The notes beneath the pieces were generated by a model that saw nothing but the letters and a program-made list of their open reading frames with translations, was not told the origin of the DNA and ran no database searches. Shown piece by piece: positions 38,101 through 50,160 of a stretch of DNA of 64,000 bases. Where the stretch lies: assembly GCA_973895155.1 (NCBI GenBank), contig OZ316897.1, positions 7,740,470-7,804,469 on the forward strand, written 5' to 3'. Source of the DNA: Marsupella aquatica. Lineage: Eukaryota; Plantae; Marchantiophyta. Made by a program: the position numbers and the translations under genes. Position 1 is the first letter of the stretch; the number at the start of each line of letters is the position of its first letter.

Positions 38101-38234
38101 TTGGCATCCGGTCTCCGTCTCTTCTTATAATCTATATCATCACTCGGATACCGTCGCCTGGGTGGACCACCCCCTCGTTGGGGACGTTTCCGCCTCCCAT
38201 CCAGAAGATTGGGGGGGCGCCCCCCTGTGCTCAT
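35105..38234 (-). CDS. Kolobok-type DDE transposase, spliced: exons 38234-37854, 37401-37228, 37134-36497, 36419-35835, 35710-35559, 35460-35105
   Basis: In-frame GT-AG splicing gives a C-x4-C...C-x4-H-x-W Zn-finger-like region (LPRCHVQGC..CGVDGHGWTF) and STLCSGLTY. It also gives VWFDG (putative D1), AWYMEDRG, EVIHDD (putative D2), DLWHKAK, NCADHWAGDHALC and SETYHSVMGKYAIKRIHF..ARLCCAALDWNENIRR (putative E). This motif order is the one I recall for Kolobok transposases. Confidence 0.8.
36981..37130 (-). repeat. 24-bp coding tandem repeat (~6 copies, SQP(T/A)PV(P/L)D) inside transposase exon 3
   Basis: Repeated ggctgagagtccggaactggag units; the translation reads PVSDSQPTPVPDSQPAPVLDSQPTPVPDSQPT. 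Confidence 0.9.
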
Positions 38235-40221
38235 ACTGTCCTATCCTAACACCACCCTGTGAAAATGTACCTAAAACCTAAAAATAAAACCTTACAGATG
38301 AGAACTAGAGACCGGATGCCAAGCCCAACCCGGTGAACAAACACAAAATTACACAAAACAATGCAAAGTCAAAAATGGAGAGGAAGAAAAGGAAGGAGCA
38401 CTAGACCTCTTGGAGTCCACTTGTGAGTATGACACCCCAACCCTCCCCCCCCCCCGTCCCTCCCTCCTCCGTTGTCCTCCCCACCTCCCCTCCACGGCTG
38501 ATCACCTTGGCTGGAACAGAAACCCTAATCCCATGCTCTGGCCGCCACATTTTTGACCCCGTAGAGGGGACTTTCCCAAAAAACAATGTCATATGAACTG
38601 CAAGGATTCGAACTCAGGACCTCCTGGGTGGAAGGCAGGGGTTTGGACCATCATGCTAAGGGAGATATTCGAAGTTGCAGATTCCTAAACTGTATATGAG
38701 CTAGTAGGCTGCGCCTCAGCCCTGGCCACTTCCCTGTTCTCCCGGCCTGCACCCCGCTTTCTCCCCTGGCACCCGACACTTTGTCACACCAGGTGTCCCC
38801 TGCCCGGCCTGCCCGTAAATTTGAATTTCAAATTTACCTCCCCACCCAATCAGAAGCCCCCGTTTGTTTTTCAGTATTTTCTCGTTCATTTTGGATCATT
38901 TTCTAGTGCGGATTTTTCTGGGACGTAGATCTCAGCGAGATCTTCAAAATGAGCCGTAGATCGTTCAGTTTCATGGGCGGATGAGATTATGGCAGCGGTC
39001 GATCGGAGGGCTACCGATGGGTGCCCGTCCGCACTCGCGAGCATGCGGTTTCTGGAGTGAGTACTCCGGGTCACCCGGAGTACTTATATTACGAATTGTG
39101 GTTTAAACAAAATATTTTGAAAACTCCAAGAGTTGGACAAAACATTTAAACAAAACCTCAGGAAAAATATTTTGGAAATGACACCAATTATTGTTATTTC
39201 CAGATCAAATTCACATAAATTAGTGTGACTAGCACTAATTTAAATATAACACTAATTCTGGTATAACAATAATAACGGTGTCCTGTGTAGCTATGCAGAA
39301 TGTTCGAGATGGGTCCTTCAGTATCGAGATTGTTTTGATGGGTCTTGTAGTATCAAGAAGTGCAAACACATCTGAGAGGTGTAGAGCAGTTAGGCAGAAC
39401 GTTGTGAGATGCGTCCGTCGAATCAGTAAAACTGTAAACAGGTATTGGAAGGACACCGGTCTGCTTATCAAGGGCTTCGAGTCTCGAAGGGGAATATCTG
39501 CTGAATGCAGGACATTGCGAAGTTTGGGCTTGAATGGGCAATGATAGCTCTCCCACATTAGGTCAGTGCCCTACTCCTATCCAAGAGTATTACTCAAGCC
39601 GCTCAAGCCTCGCCGCGAAGGCCGTCAACAAGGTTCCAAGGCAGAACATCGTCAAGACAAGGCCCAAATGAAGGAGACTGCACCGATGGAGATCAAAAAA
39701 TGATATTTATCTTTATTGCAATTATATGATACACCTCTTAGACGAATCACAGGGAATTAAGAAGATCAACGCACCTCCCGTTCTCCATAACCAAAAGGCC
39801 TACACCGTGAAATGATACCACTGGAGATACAATTCTGTGGGCAGGTCTTGCCGTCATCCCCACCATGGGACCCTAGAAAATGGTTCTAGTAAATGACAGC
39901 TCCAATAATGCAACAGTGCAAAGCTAGCCTTCGCTTCAAAGTCCCTTGCACCCAAATGGATCAATCTCCTGGTCAACATCAGTTCATTGGTAGAATCCTT
40001 CGACGTTCACTGACAGATAAAATCCACTGCCATTTAGGCCAGGTAACTGCATCCACTACTTGTAAGAACTCTCCCTCATAAGGGAGCTTCCTTGGCTCCC
40101 CATCAAAGCTCCCGAACTCGAGACTTACCAACGTTTCCTCGAACAACTACACGACTTGCCATTTCTAATATGCCCCTATCTATTTCCTTACGAGCTTTCT
40201 TGCTCCTTGAAAGGAAACACA

Positions 40222-43200
40222 TCACTCACACTTAATGGATCGGTAGATGTGACGGACAAACAAAAGGGATGCTCTGAATCCAATAGTACCCAACATGAGG
40301 AAAAATCCAAGGCACACACAACCCATGTACCCAAAAAAGTAGGATGTCTGCATGAACCCGCTCATCTCCGATCGAGCGAAGTAGAAGTAAAAGCAATAGC
40401 CAAAGACAAACAAACCAGTCGAACCACCACAGAGCACGGACCTGCAAACCAAAACATATCTCGTGTTAAGCAACCCTAAATTATCTTAACAAGGAACATC
40501 AAGGGGCATGAATTACAAATTACAGAGGAAACAAATTGGAAAAACATCATAGCAGCAAGTTCGGCAACCACAGAAACCACACAAGCCAAGCAAAATCGAG
40601 GCTAGCAGACTTCTATAACATTTCACGAAAAGAAGGGAAAAGGGCAGTCAGAGAACAAGAATAAATTAATTTCTTTACCTCCACCACCAGCGATGGTCTT
40701 CCACTGCAAGCTGGAAATAGGTCAGGGCAATAGTGATGAACGCCGTCACTATGATGAGAATGATGAATACAATGAATAGAATACTGGCGATGATGTACAC
40801 CGTATGGCCCCAGATGCTAGCAAAGATGTAGTACAACTCGATGTAGATAGCACTGAATGGCAGAAATCCAGCCATTGCCATTTGTGGCACAGTGCGTCTA
40901 TACCAAGGCAGTGCTGGAATCTCTCGAGGATACTTGGTCGTTCTACAAGGAGCCTGAAACTCAGCTTTGCTATTCTTTCCGGCAATTCCCCCGAAGATAA
41001 GCAGTGGCGAGCTGACCAAAGTCCAGATCAGGAGGATCACGCAAATGGTTCCAAAAGGGAGAGCAGCGTTAGCTGCGTAGAATATAGCAACCGTGTTGAG
41101 GAAGGAGAAAGCCAAAAATAGTGGCCCCATGAAGAGGGCAGCAGTAAGGAGAATATTTCGAACCTGACAGAGCACCATCGATTAGCAGTTGCCTTAACTC
41201 AAGTAGAGACCGCAATGTAACCATAGGAAAATCTTGCAACAGAGTAGAAGACTCATCAAGACTACAGCAAAGAAGAGACTCATCCAAGAATAAGGGGACT
41301 TCCACGCTTCTAAAAATTCCAGTAATGCAGAGAGAGATCAACACCCTCTAACTCATTGGAGAAACACAGCCTAAAAAGCATTGGAACGTCTTTGCTTGAA
41401 TGATCTGCTGACACTAAGCAAGGTGAAATATAAAACCTACATGATGGTCATTCAGTCTCATTTTATAATGCTCTCTATCGAAGGGGTGAATGAGTGAGAA
41501 TTTATTGCAATGCAAATATATGTGCAGACGTAGCGCGCTGTGAGGCCCCACTAAATGCTAGTAGAGAACGCTTGCACTGAACTTTGAAGTTGAAATTCTC
41601 ATACTAATGCGTCTGAATGAAAGACCAAAGAACTCACCCAGTTGTGTCCATCAAGCATTTTGTAGAATGACGCAGCAGTATACCCAGCTATTCCAGAGGT
41701 AAGGGCATAAATCACAACAAGAGCTGTGTAGAGCGAGCCTCGGTTGTAAGGGTAGAAGACACCGACTAGGGCCAGTAGAAAGATGGCCAGTGCCCTGCAC
41801 AGTTATTCCCAATATATCAAATTCTGTCGTCAGACCACTGAAACAGTAAACCATGACACATGCTGGTTTTGAAAAAATAATGACAACACATGCTTACACC
41901 TTGGACCTACATGAACAAATTCACACATGTATGTCGAAGGTAAAGTATCACTCACAAGGCCAGAAGCTGCGTGCCAGTTCCGAGAACAGCACAGAACAAA
42001 GATTTATATGGTGGATATCTGAACACATCCCCATGAATGTACTTCCAGCCCGTTTCTTCTTGATCGTCTAGTGCCTCTTCATCTCTCGAATATCTTCACA
42101 TCACAGGATAAATAACTGATAAGTAGCGACGGACAAAAATAACTGTCAATACAACGACTTCTTGTAGAGGATCGACCTACAACGTCGGAAACAGTATGAA
42201 GTATCTCACAGTTCCACAAACCAATAGAAGACTAAACACACTTACTTGATGAAGTCATTCTTCAACACTCGCATGAGAATGGTTGCAAGAAATCCCGTAA
42301 GAAGCAATACGGTTACGCAAGAGTTGATGATGGAGAACCAGTGAATCTCTAGATGCTGTGGCAGAATTGAGTTCTCAATGTATTTTTCCATCCTCCGTTC
42401 GAATGGAATATCTACTTTGACCCATTTCGCGGAGTACGTAAATTCAACCTCCTGCTCTTTATCCTCTGTAATATCCTTAGAGTATTTTACCTCGGGGGTC
42501 ACTTTGATCTCTATAACTCTATCCCCATTGTAAGAAATGTCGAAATGGGCGTGAGTAAATAGAGTATATTTGCTGTCATCCTCGAGTTTCCCGATGAATC
42601 CCCAGATAGGGAGGTCATCGTAATACATCTGGAAATAATAATCATCCTTGATTGCTGCACGAAACTTTGCCACATCATCCTTCGAAAGAGATGCCTTGCA
42701 GAGCACCTCATATCCCTTGTCCACCAGAAAGTTAAGTTCATAACGGGCATGCACCAAACGGTCCCCATTGAGAACCTCTCCTAAGTCCTCTCTCTTTTCG
42801 TTGTAGTTATCTGCGCAAAAAAAAACTTTTCGCGTAACTAAAAATGAACAACTTAGCGGCCGAACAAATGTCAAGTGGCGTGGCCTGCATCAGGCTAAGG
42901 TTGTCGAGCATCCCAATTATCAGGACAATCTGATAGAGGCACAGTGTATCAGGAAATGAATGGAAAGTTACCTGGACGGCAAAATGGCAGGTCAAAGTAC
43001 CTGTACGTTTCACTGCATCACCACCACGTTCGCTCATATTAGCTTCATCTACACAAAACATCAACCGATATGACCAGCCACGACCATAATAAAAAAAGAC
43101 CGGGACTATGAAGTTTCAGAAGTAAAGAATGAACCCAAACATCCCATATATTTTGAAGGGAATTCGAGCTAGAGAATCTATTGTAATTTTTCTCCCGGTG

Positions 43201-44353
43201 TATCGGTGACCATTGTGGCATTGAACTCCGTCACTGACACGGCCCAAAGCATAAACTACTCAAAATCAAACTGGAACAGGATTACAAAAACAAGGCAGTC
43301 CCTTATTCTGCCCATTGCCACAGACATATATCTATATAGTTCAAAAAGGTCAGGGCGCTCTTGGAGTATACCCCATTACACACAGATCGCAACCTACGAA
43401 CCAGGTTAAGAACAAAAAATCCCACAAGCTCGAAAGGAAACTAACATCTTCATACCGAAATTCAGTATCTGATTGAAGAAGGAGACCGACATCATCCGAA
43501 CATTCTCCCCTCCCCCATTCAGATAGGTCTAACCTCTCGGAAAAGAGGACAGATCCGACCACAACCATCGCTAATAATTTGCTAAGCGACTGATCCATAG
43601 AGGACTCTCGGCTAATGAGTGGTGTGCTTTTCTCGACTTGTGAGAAACCTGGGACACCGGTTGACTGCACCCTTCAACATCCGTTTGCTTTCTTTAGCAG
43701 CGGTCCCTGCCGATGCTGCGTCAGGAGGCCCTCATTACCCTTACTATGTCACAGTCCAGGGTAACTTCCCCCAAAACCAGCATGCTCAAACCTAGTCAAC
43801 GTCGATCAAGTCTTACAAAACTGGATCTGACACGACCGCCGGAAAGGAAAGTCGAGGATACTTCTATTGCACGCCATTCAACCAGTTTAGCCATACTCTA
43901 AATAAGCTGATACGTCCGGACTGAGAGTTGCAAGCAACAACGCGAAAGATAAATGCCAAGACCTCTCGTCACAACCGACACCTCAACTCGAACGAGGAAC
44001 AGGACGGCAACCAAAATTGAACTTAGATTGACTAGAGAACATTGGAAAAGAACATACTCGCATAACGCTGCGCACATTGACTCCCAACAGGGTGCAAACG
44101 AAACCCTCAGCAGGAACACACACCTCGAAGACGCGGATCCAACACAATAGACAAATTAGTCGGTCGGTCACGTAAAATGGACATACCTTGGATTGTTGAA
44201 GGGGCCGACTTTGTTGGCGTATAGAGGCACCTGGTCCTTCTCCTTATATTTGTGATCGGAGGCGCTCGCGGCCACGTCGGAAACTCTCCCCGAAATAACT
44301 AAAACGAACACTGCAACCACCAGGGTCGCCAAGACAGGCGACCTCGATGCCAT
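40222..44353 (-). CDS. TMN: Transmembrane 9 superfamily protein (TM9SF/TMN/EMP70), 7 exons: 44353-44187, 43012-42972, 42810-42246, 42093-41956, 41794-41638, 41163-40679, 40441-40222
   Basis: Signal peptide, then [88 protein letters not shown] and EDHRWWWRS. The C-terminus IYRSIKCE matches the KxD/E Golgi-retention motif. Introns are GT-AG. Confidence 0.96.
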
Positions 44354-46548
44354 TTTCCGCTGCAGCATTTCTTCGGCTCCTCTCCACACTCCCTCCCTCC
44401 ACTTCTTGCGATCAGACCAGCAGCAGATCTGATGCGGAAATCTGCCAGTACGCTCGCTCCCTCGATCTCCCTGCACCGCCCCTCCCTCGCTTGCTTCCTC
44501 CTCCACCTCTTCCAAAAGAGGTATATCGACTACGCACTCCTAGGCTTTATCTTGCCGAGGAGACAGCAAATGTAACAAATCTTCAGTCCGCTGCTCCCGT
44601 TTCCTTTGCTTTCCTTTCAACCATCCGACAGAAGCGCAAACTAGCCTCCTCCTCTCCTTCACCCTCCTCCGCGTTTCTCGCAAGTACGAGGAGTGAATCT
44701 AAGGGCAAGGACCGCAAGACGATGTGACAGCACAAACCCTCGGCTGGTCGATGTACTCTAGTCTACACTACTCTGCTCATCCCCGACCACCTCCCTCTCT
44801 TTCTCTCGCCCAAATTGCGCTCTGAGTACTGTACTGCGTAGAATCAACTCTCCCTCTAGCCCGCGCACAAAAACCATCAATCGCCGTTGAGGTCTTTCTG
44901 TCACCCACATTAAGTCACGGCCGTGAACTCAAACAAACACCACCATTCTCGCTCCATCATCACGCAGCGAGGATTGCGGCCTCTTCGAGATGTTCTCACA
45001 CATATGTTTCGACGACGTGCGCGATCACACGCATCAGCGAAAGAACTTCTGGGGACGATCTTTTCAGCCGACACTCACTCAACCAGGCCTATTCAAGCAA
45101 GCTTGACTCGAAACCTACCGCGGAAAATGACATACTGTTGGAGTATAAACACGACAGAAAGTTCCAGGGCTGTCAAGGAACATGGCAATGTCCAAACTCC
45201 GATGGCCCGACCTGTCCCTTCCCAGGCATTATCGGAGCTCCAATAGTCCGATTTCTGAATCCTAAAATACTAGCATGGACCATGTCTGTTTCACGATGGA
45301 CGCCACAACCGACTTTGGACCACAGTACAGTAGTACAGCATTCACTCCAAACGTTCACTCATTCCCACGCTCTACTATACGGTACTGTAGGTCTTTTCGC
45401 GTGCAAGACAACCTCGCTGTTCACGCTTGCCAGTGCGACAAAAACCAGACACCGGCCAAACAGACCCTGGCAGAGTTCGAGCTCGGGTCGCGCACCACAA
45501 CTTACTACCCTCTTATTACTTTGCGGCACCTGGGCGTTCTGCCGTCCGTCCCGCGCTGGCCACCGAGCAATGTGAAGGAAACGAGGACAAGGAGGAAACG
45601 AGGACCAAAAACAACGGATTGTTTATGCACTTTCTTTTATACCAATCAAATGTTGGACGTCCGCCCCTGCCCCATCCTTGCCTTCCCCTCCCGCACGTCA
45701 ACCCTCGCCACTCACAAACCCATATTATTAGGGGGTCTCAATCCTTGGAGCCGCGGGACAAAAAAGAGGCCCAGAACTAGCAGTTTCGGTCATGGTGTCT
45801 GCCACTATTTTCCCGGGATTCAGTCTCTGATCGCAACCAGAAGCAACAACGCAAAGTTTAAGACGCCCTATTTGATTTCACCTCCTCTATTGCCTCCTCT
45901 CCGCCATATACGGTAGATTGGCCTCACCCCACCTGGGTCATCAACCCTCCCACATCCAAAGCCATGTTGTTATATTTCATAGGCTCTATTGCCCATTGCG
46001 CTATATATAGTCTACCATGGATAAGTGCAGCATGTGTAAGTGCATATATTCCTTGGGTAACTCCTGGTTGGTCATGTAGTCCCCTAATATTACACTTTTC
46101 TTTGTACATGCACCAAAAAATGCATATTTTGTAAGTGCAAGTTGACATTACTAAATGCAAAAACATAAGTGCATTTCCGTACATAAGAGTGCACACGCAT
46201 TAATCAAATGCTACAACACATACGCTAGAAGCATTCATTGATAAGTGCAGTGGACAACTACACATGGTAGTTTCATGCACTTATCCAGTTGAATCATGCA
46301 GTATATGAGGATTCTGGGTATGAGGAGTCCGATGTGTATGACCTGACAAGACACTTGCGACAATGCATAAGTGATTTCACATGCACAGTTTATTGGAAAG
46401 TGCAACATGCACAAATAGAGAAGTGTGTGGTTGACGCCCATGCATGCACTTATGACATAGTTTAGTTAAGACCAGCTAGTTATGTTATTACAATAGGGCG
46501 TCTCATAGTTGACAATTTGATGGACCTTGACTCCTTAGTTGTGGATTA

Positions 46549-47657
46549 CTAGCCCGATGCATGTGCGTTGCACAATAGATGTTGAGATGAACAAAGATGT
46601 CAAGGTGAAGAAAAGATGTCGGTGTGAAAAAAGTTGTCAATGAAAAAAAAATATGTCGAGTTGAGAAAAGGAAGTCAAAGTGAAGAAAACAAAATGTTGA
46701 GGAGAGAAAAGATGGCAAGGTGAGACAAGGATGTAAAGATGAGGAAAACATGTCAAAAAGAGAAAAGATGTCGAGGGTGAGGGAAAAATGTTGGGGTGAG
46801 GTAAAGAACACAAAAAATGTCCATGCATTGCACAGAAGATGTTGAGGTGAAAAAAAGATGTTGAAAGGAGAAAAAAAAATGTAGAGGTGGAGCAAAGTTG
46901 TTGAGGAAACACAAAAAAATGCAACCAAACTCACTCATTCCCTATGCACCGCAAAAGAAATGTAGCATAAATAATGTCATTGTTTGATAGTGTTTGTCAT
47001 TGTTACAAAAATGTTATCATTTTAGTCATTATTGTGAATGTGTTATTGTTGAGGAGGATGAAGGTGAGAACATGGAGATGCAAGATAAGTGAAAGTGGCC
47101 GTTACATCACATAGTCATAGCATGATCACCCAAAAGAAATGATGCAATTTTTCTTAAAATTAAAATTATTAATATTTTAAATACATAAATATATATACTT
47201 GTTTTTTTAAATGGGAGAAAATACAAAATTATCTAACTTTGTCCCCCTTCTCTATTTTTCCCTACCTTTTTCATTCTCCTCTTCCTCAATGTTTGTTCAT
47301 TTTTTCCTTTATCTCGCCTTCCCCCTTTTTTTCCTCCATGCCAATTTCTCATTACCTCATCCCTGATCTTTGGATAATGCTTTATCTTTATATTTTTATG
47401 ACAGTATAATATAATCATTGCAGGCTTGTAGAGTTGTAGTCCCCATGGGAGAATAGAAAGGACAATCTAGTACAATTCATAATTGTATTCTCAAGTACAA
47501 TTGTTCTTGTTCTCACCTAGACTATTCCAAGGTCATTTTGTGTTGATGTTTACCCTTGCCACGGAATTAATAATCTAACGGCTGTCATTCATTCCCGCCC
47601 AAAATGCATTTCGTAACGGGTTGAAAGACTGAAGTGAGCAGGATTCAATATTATAGA
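46549..47657 (-). mobile_element. Non-autonomous Helitron, same family as 29230-31070
   Basis: The minus strand reads TCTATAATATTGAATCC...GTGCAACGCACATGCATCGGGCTAG between A and T. It has the same internal AAAGATGT-type repeats and a similar 5' region to the 29-31 kb copy. Confidence 0.82.
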
Positions 47658-49651
47658 TGAAGATGGACACAAAAAGTTATGGAATATAGAATTCATAGTG
47701 CTACTTTTTTGCTTTTTGCCATAACTATTGGTCTTATGCCACAACCATTAGTCACTCTAGAGGCTTATGAAAGAAAAAGAAAAAGAATAAATTATGCAAT
47801 ATCTTCTGAAAAAGTTATGACCTTGTTTTATGACCAAATGTCATCATCTCCAATTTCCAAACTGTGAGAAGGCCTAATCAACAAACTTTGAGACGCCCTA
47901 GCTAATGAGTAGTTAGTGCCAGTCCATAGACAAGTACTTACCGGAAAGTTAAGTGCCAAAAAATATGGCTTTTTGTTCACTTTTTCACTCCATAAAAGTC
48001 AAGGTTTAGAGCATATCACTCCTCATGCCAGGTCCTTCGAACAGATTTTGAAGTATTACTACATTCCAAGAATTTGCCAATTTGATTGATGATTTGGCAA
48101 GCACTTTGCACATCAAGAGTTGTTCATGATTGATCGATACCCATCCCCAGTTATGAACGGGGCAAGCATGCGAAGCAAAGCAACAGAAAAGTCGTCAATT
48201 CTCTACCGTGCTCCCCTCTTTTACTGTGACATTGGAGTTCCACCAACGCAATAACTGCCATTGTTGCTTGGACCTGCAGTGCTGGGCTCACGTCCGAAAA
48301 CCACAATCCCACCAAACACTTCAGCAAGCCCGTAAATTCAGTGGCATCTCCCTTATGACGAGTGGTTGTTGCTCCATCATCAATCCCTTCTAGACTCACT
48401 ATGGCATTTCCTATCAAGTTTGACATCACCATAATTTTGGCCTTGACTTGCAAACAATGATGCCAGTCGTCCAGTAGAGTTTCTGAAGTTCGCTACAGTT
48501 CTGGAATTTGTGCATCTGGAAATCTGTTGAATTCATTTGGAGCAGGTTGTGTTTCCAATTCCAATTGGTGTTTGCAGCCTTCGTGGAAAAGCACTTCGCA
48601 CCGGCTTTGAGCTTGAGTTACTTGATGAGAAGCAGCCTCGTGTTGATGGTGATGGCATTGGTGATGATTGTGGTGAGGGCTTCCCATCATTGTGATTTCT
48701 CTGCCTCCAATCACAGCCAAAGCTGTACTATGTTAAGAGCTCAAGGTGATCTCTTATTCAGCATTTCTGAGACTTAAAAATACAAAAATCTTCAAAGGAC
48801 ATGGGCTGAAATCAGTGCCCTCTTGAGCAACTAGCAGCTAGAAATATATCTTATCCAGAATTGTCTCACAGTATTGGTAGACAATCAATGACACATGAGA
48901 CCAAACAGGATGTGAGGCAGAGTATTGAAGTAAGATGCAGAGCAATTCTCTTTCAATTACAGTGACTCTGAAAACAACTGTAAAGCTCTCACCAGTGATA
49001 TGCCAACCACCGACAAACAAGAACATCAAGTAATTGTGCACAGTGTACATCGGGAGTGAGGACACCAATCAGTCCTAATCGACTTGGGAGTCCCAACAAA
49101 GAGAAAATGGTACACGATTTTATCACCAAAACTACATATAAGTTCAGCTAACTAGTAAGATTCAACATAGACATTGTTTGATTCAAAACAAGAAATGGAA
49201 TGTTATAACAGACATCTCTGATAAATGATTCGAGATAGTTTTAGAAAAACAAAATAGAACATAGATCACTTCTGTTGAGTAATTCCTTCGTTTGTCAATC
49301 CTTCCATCCTCAGAACCTGTGCACAGATCTCCTTCTGTTGGTTGATTTATCCTTATTTGTTTGATGGCCTACAATTGCGAAGTGAAGGTACCAGCTGTGA
49401 TTGTCGAAACAGAAATTCCATTAGTACAATTGTTGACAAGTTTCACCTTGTCAAATCTTGTCGACGAAGCAAACCTACAAGAGTTTAAACTATCTAATTC
49501 AACTATTTGATTGGAACCAATGGTGGAAATACTTAACTAAAAATTAATATTCTAGTTTAGTTATCAAGGCTATCCTCATCCCTAGTTAGGGACTAACTCT
49601 TCTTATCTTTAGGTGGGAACCCACCCTAAAGCTAGACACATTCCAATACAT

Positions 49652-50160
49652 TTACTTATAAAGTGTCAACTACAAGTTAGAATTGGTGGCTAGGTTTCTA
49701 GAGTGTAACTCCATGATCCACCATGTGAATGTAAAACTTATGATGTATGTCAAATGATAATTATCATCTAACTCCATGGCCCACCATGTGAATGTAAAAC
49801 TTATAATTATGATGTATGTCAAATGACAATTATCATGCATGTTGTTTATTATGATTTCTATTTACGTTCAAAAAAATGTACTCTATAACCCCACCATAAC
49901 ATATGTCCATAGAAAGAGGAATGTATATAAAGAGGAGAATGATATTTTATATATGATTATTAAAATGATAACATGCATAATGTACTCTATAACCCCACCA
50001 TAACATATGTCCATAGAAAGAGGAATGTATATAAAGAGGAGAATGATATTTTATATATGATTATTAAAATGATAACATGCATGATATTTTTTTATTTTTT
50101 TCATTCATATTCAAGAATGTGAATAGAAAATATACTTTGGTGACATTTTTATTGTACTAC
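49652..50160. repeat. Dispersed AT-rich repeat (second copy at ~28982-29229 + 31071-31170) containing a perfect 104-bp tandem duplication
   Basis: Both copies share tacttataaag..tacaag.tag and aaaatgtactctat...catagaaagagg blocks. Positions 49875-49978 are repeated exactly at 49979-50082. Confidence 0.8.

Larger units (their letters stand above)
32399..39102 (-). mobile_element. Kolobok-like two-gene DNA transposon, 6704 bp, TTAA target-site duplication
   Basis: TTAA at 32395-32398 and 39103-39106. Left end ACCACCACTCGGGGTATAA versus reverse-complemented right end ACCACAATTCGTAATATAA (14/19 match). Excision restores a host repeat gttggacaaaacatttaaacaaaa that recurs intact at 39132-39155. 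The element holds a DDE transposase (-) and a convergent small gene (+). Confidence 0.8.

Noticed and set aside
38590-38665. Functional tRNA-Gly gene (likewise 30565-30640)
   Set aside because: There is no pairing acceptor stem and the anticodon stem is mismatched; it is reported only as tRNA-like.
39060-39090. Hairpin as a Helitron 3' end
   Set aside because: No CTRR follows it, and it lies directly inside a TIR/TTAA boundary.
32399-39102. Classifying the element as MuDR/MULE (mudrA + mudrB) or piggyBac
   Set aside because: The convergent two-gene layout resembles MuDR and TTAA resembles piggyBac. However, there are no long TIRs or 9-bp TSD, and the protein motifs (DLWH, ExxHS-KY-KR, AALDWNEN, GF-ending partner) fit Kolobok better.
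48151-48777. His-rich and adjacent minus-strand ORFs as a gene
   Set aside because: They are interrupted by a stop, have no recognisable domain and give no consistent splice model.
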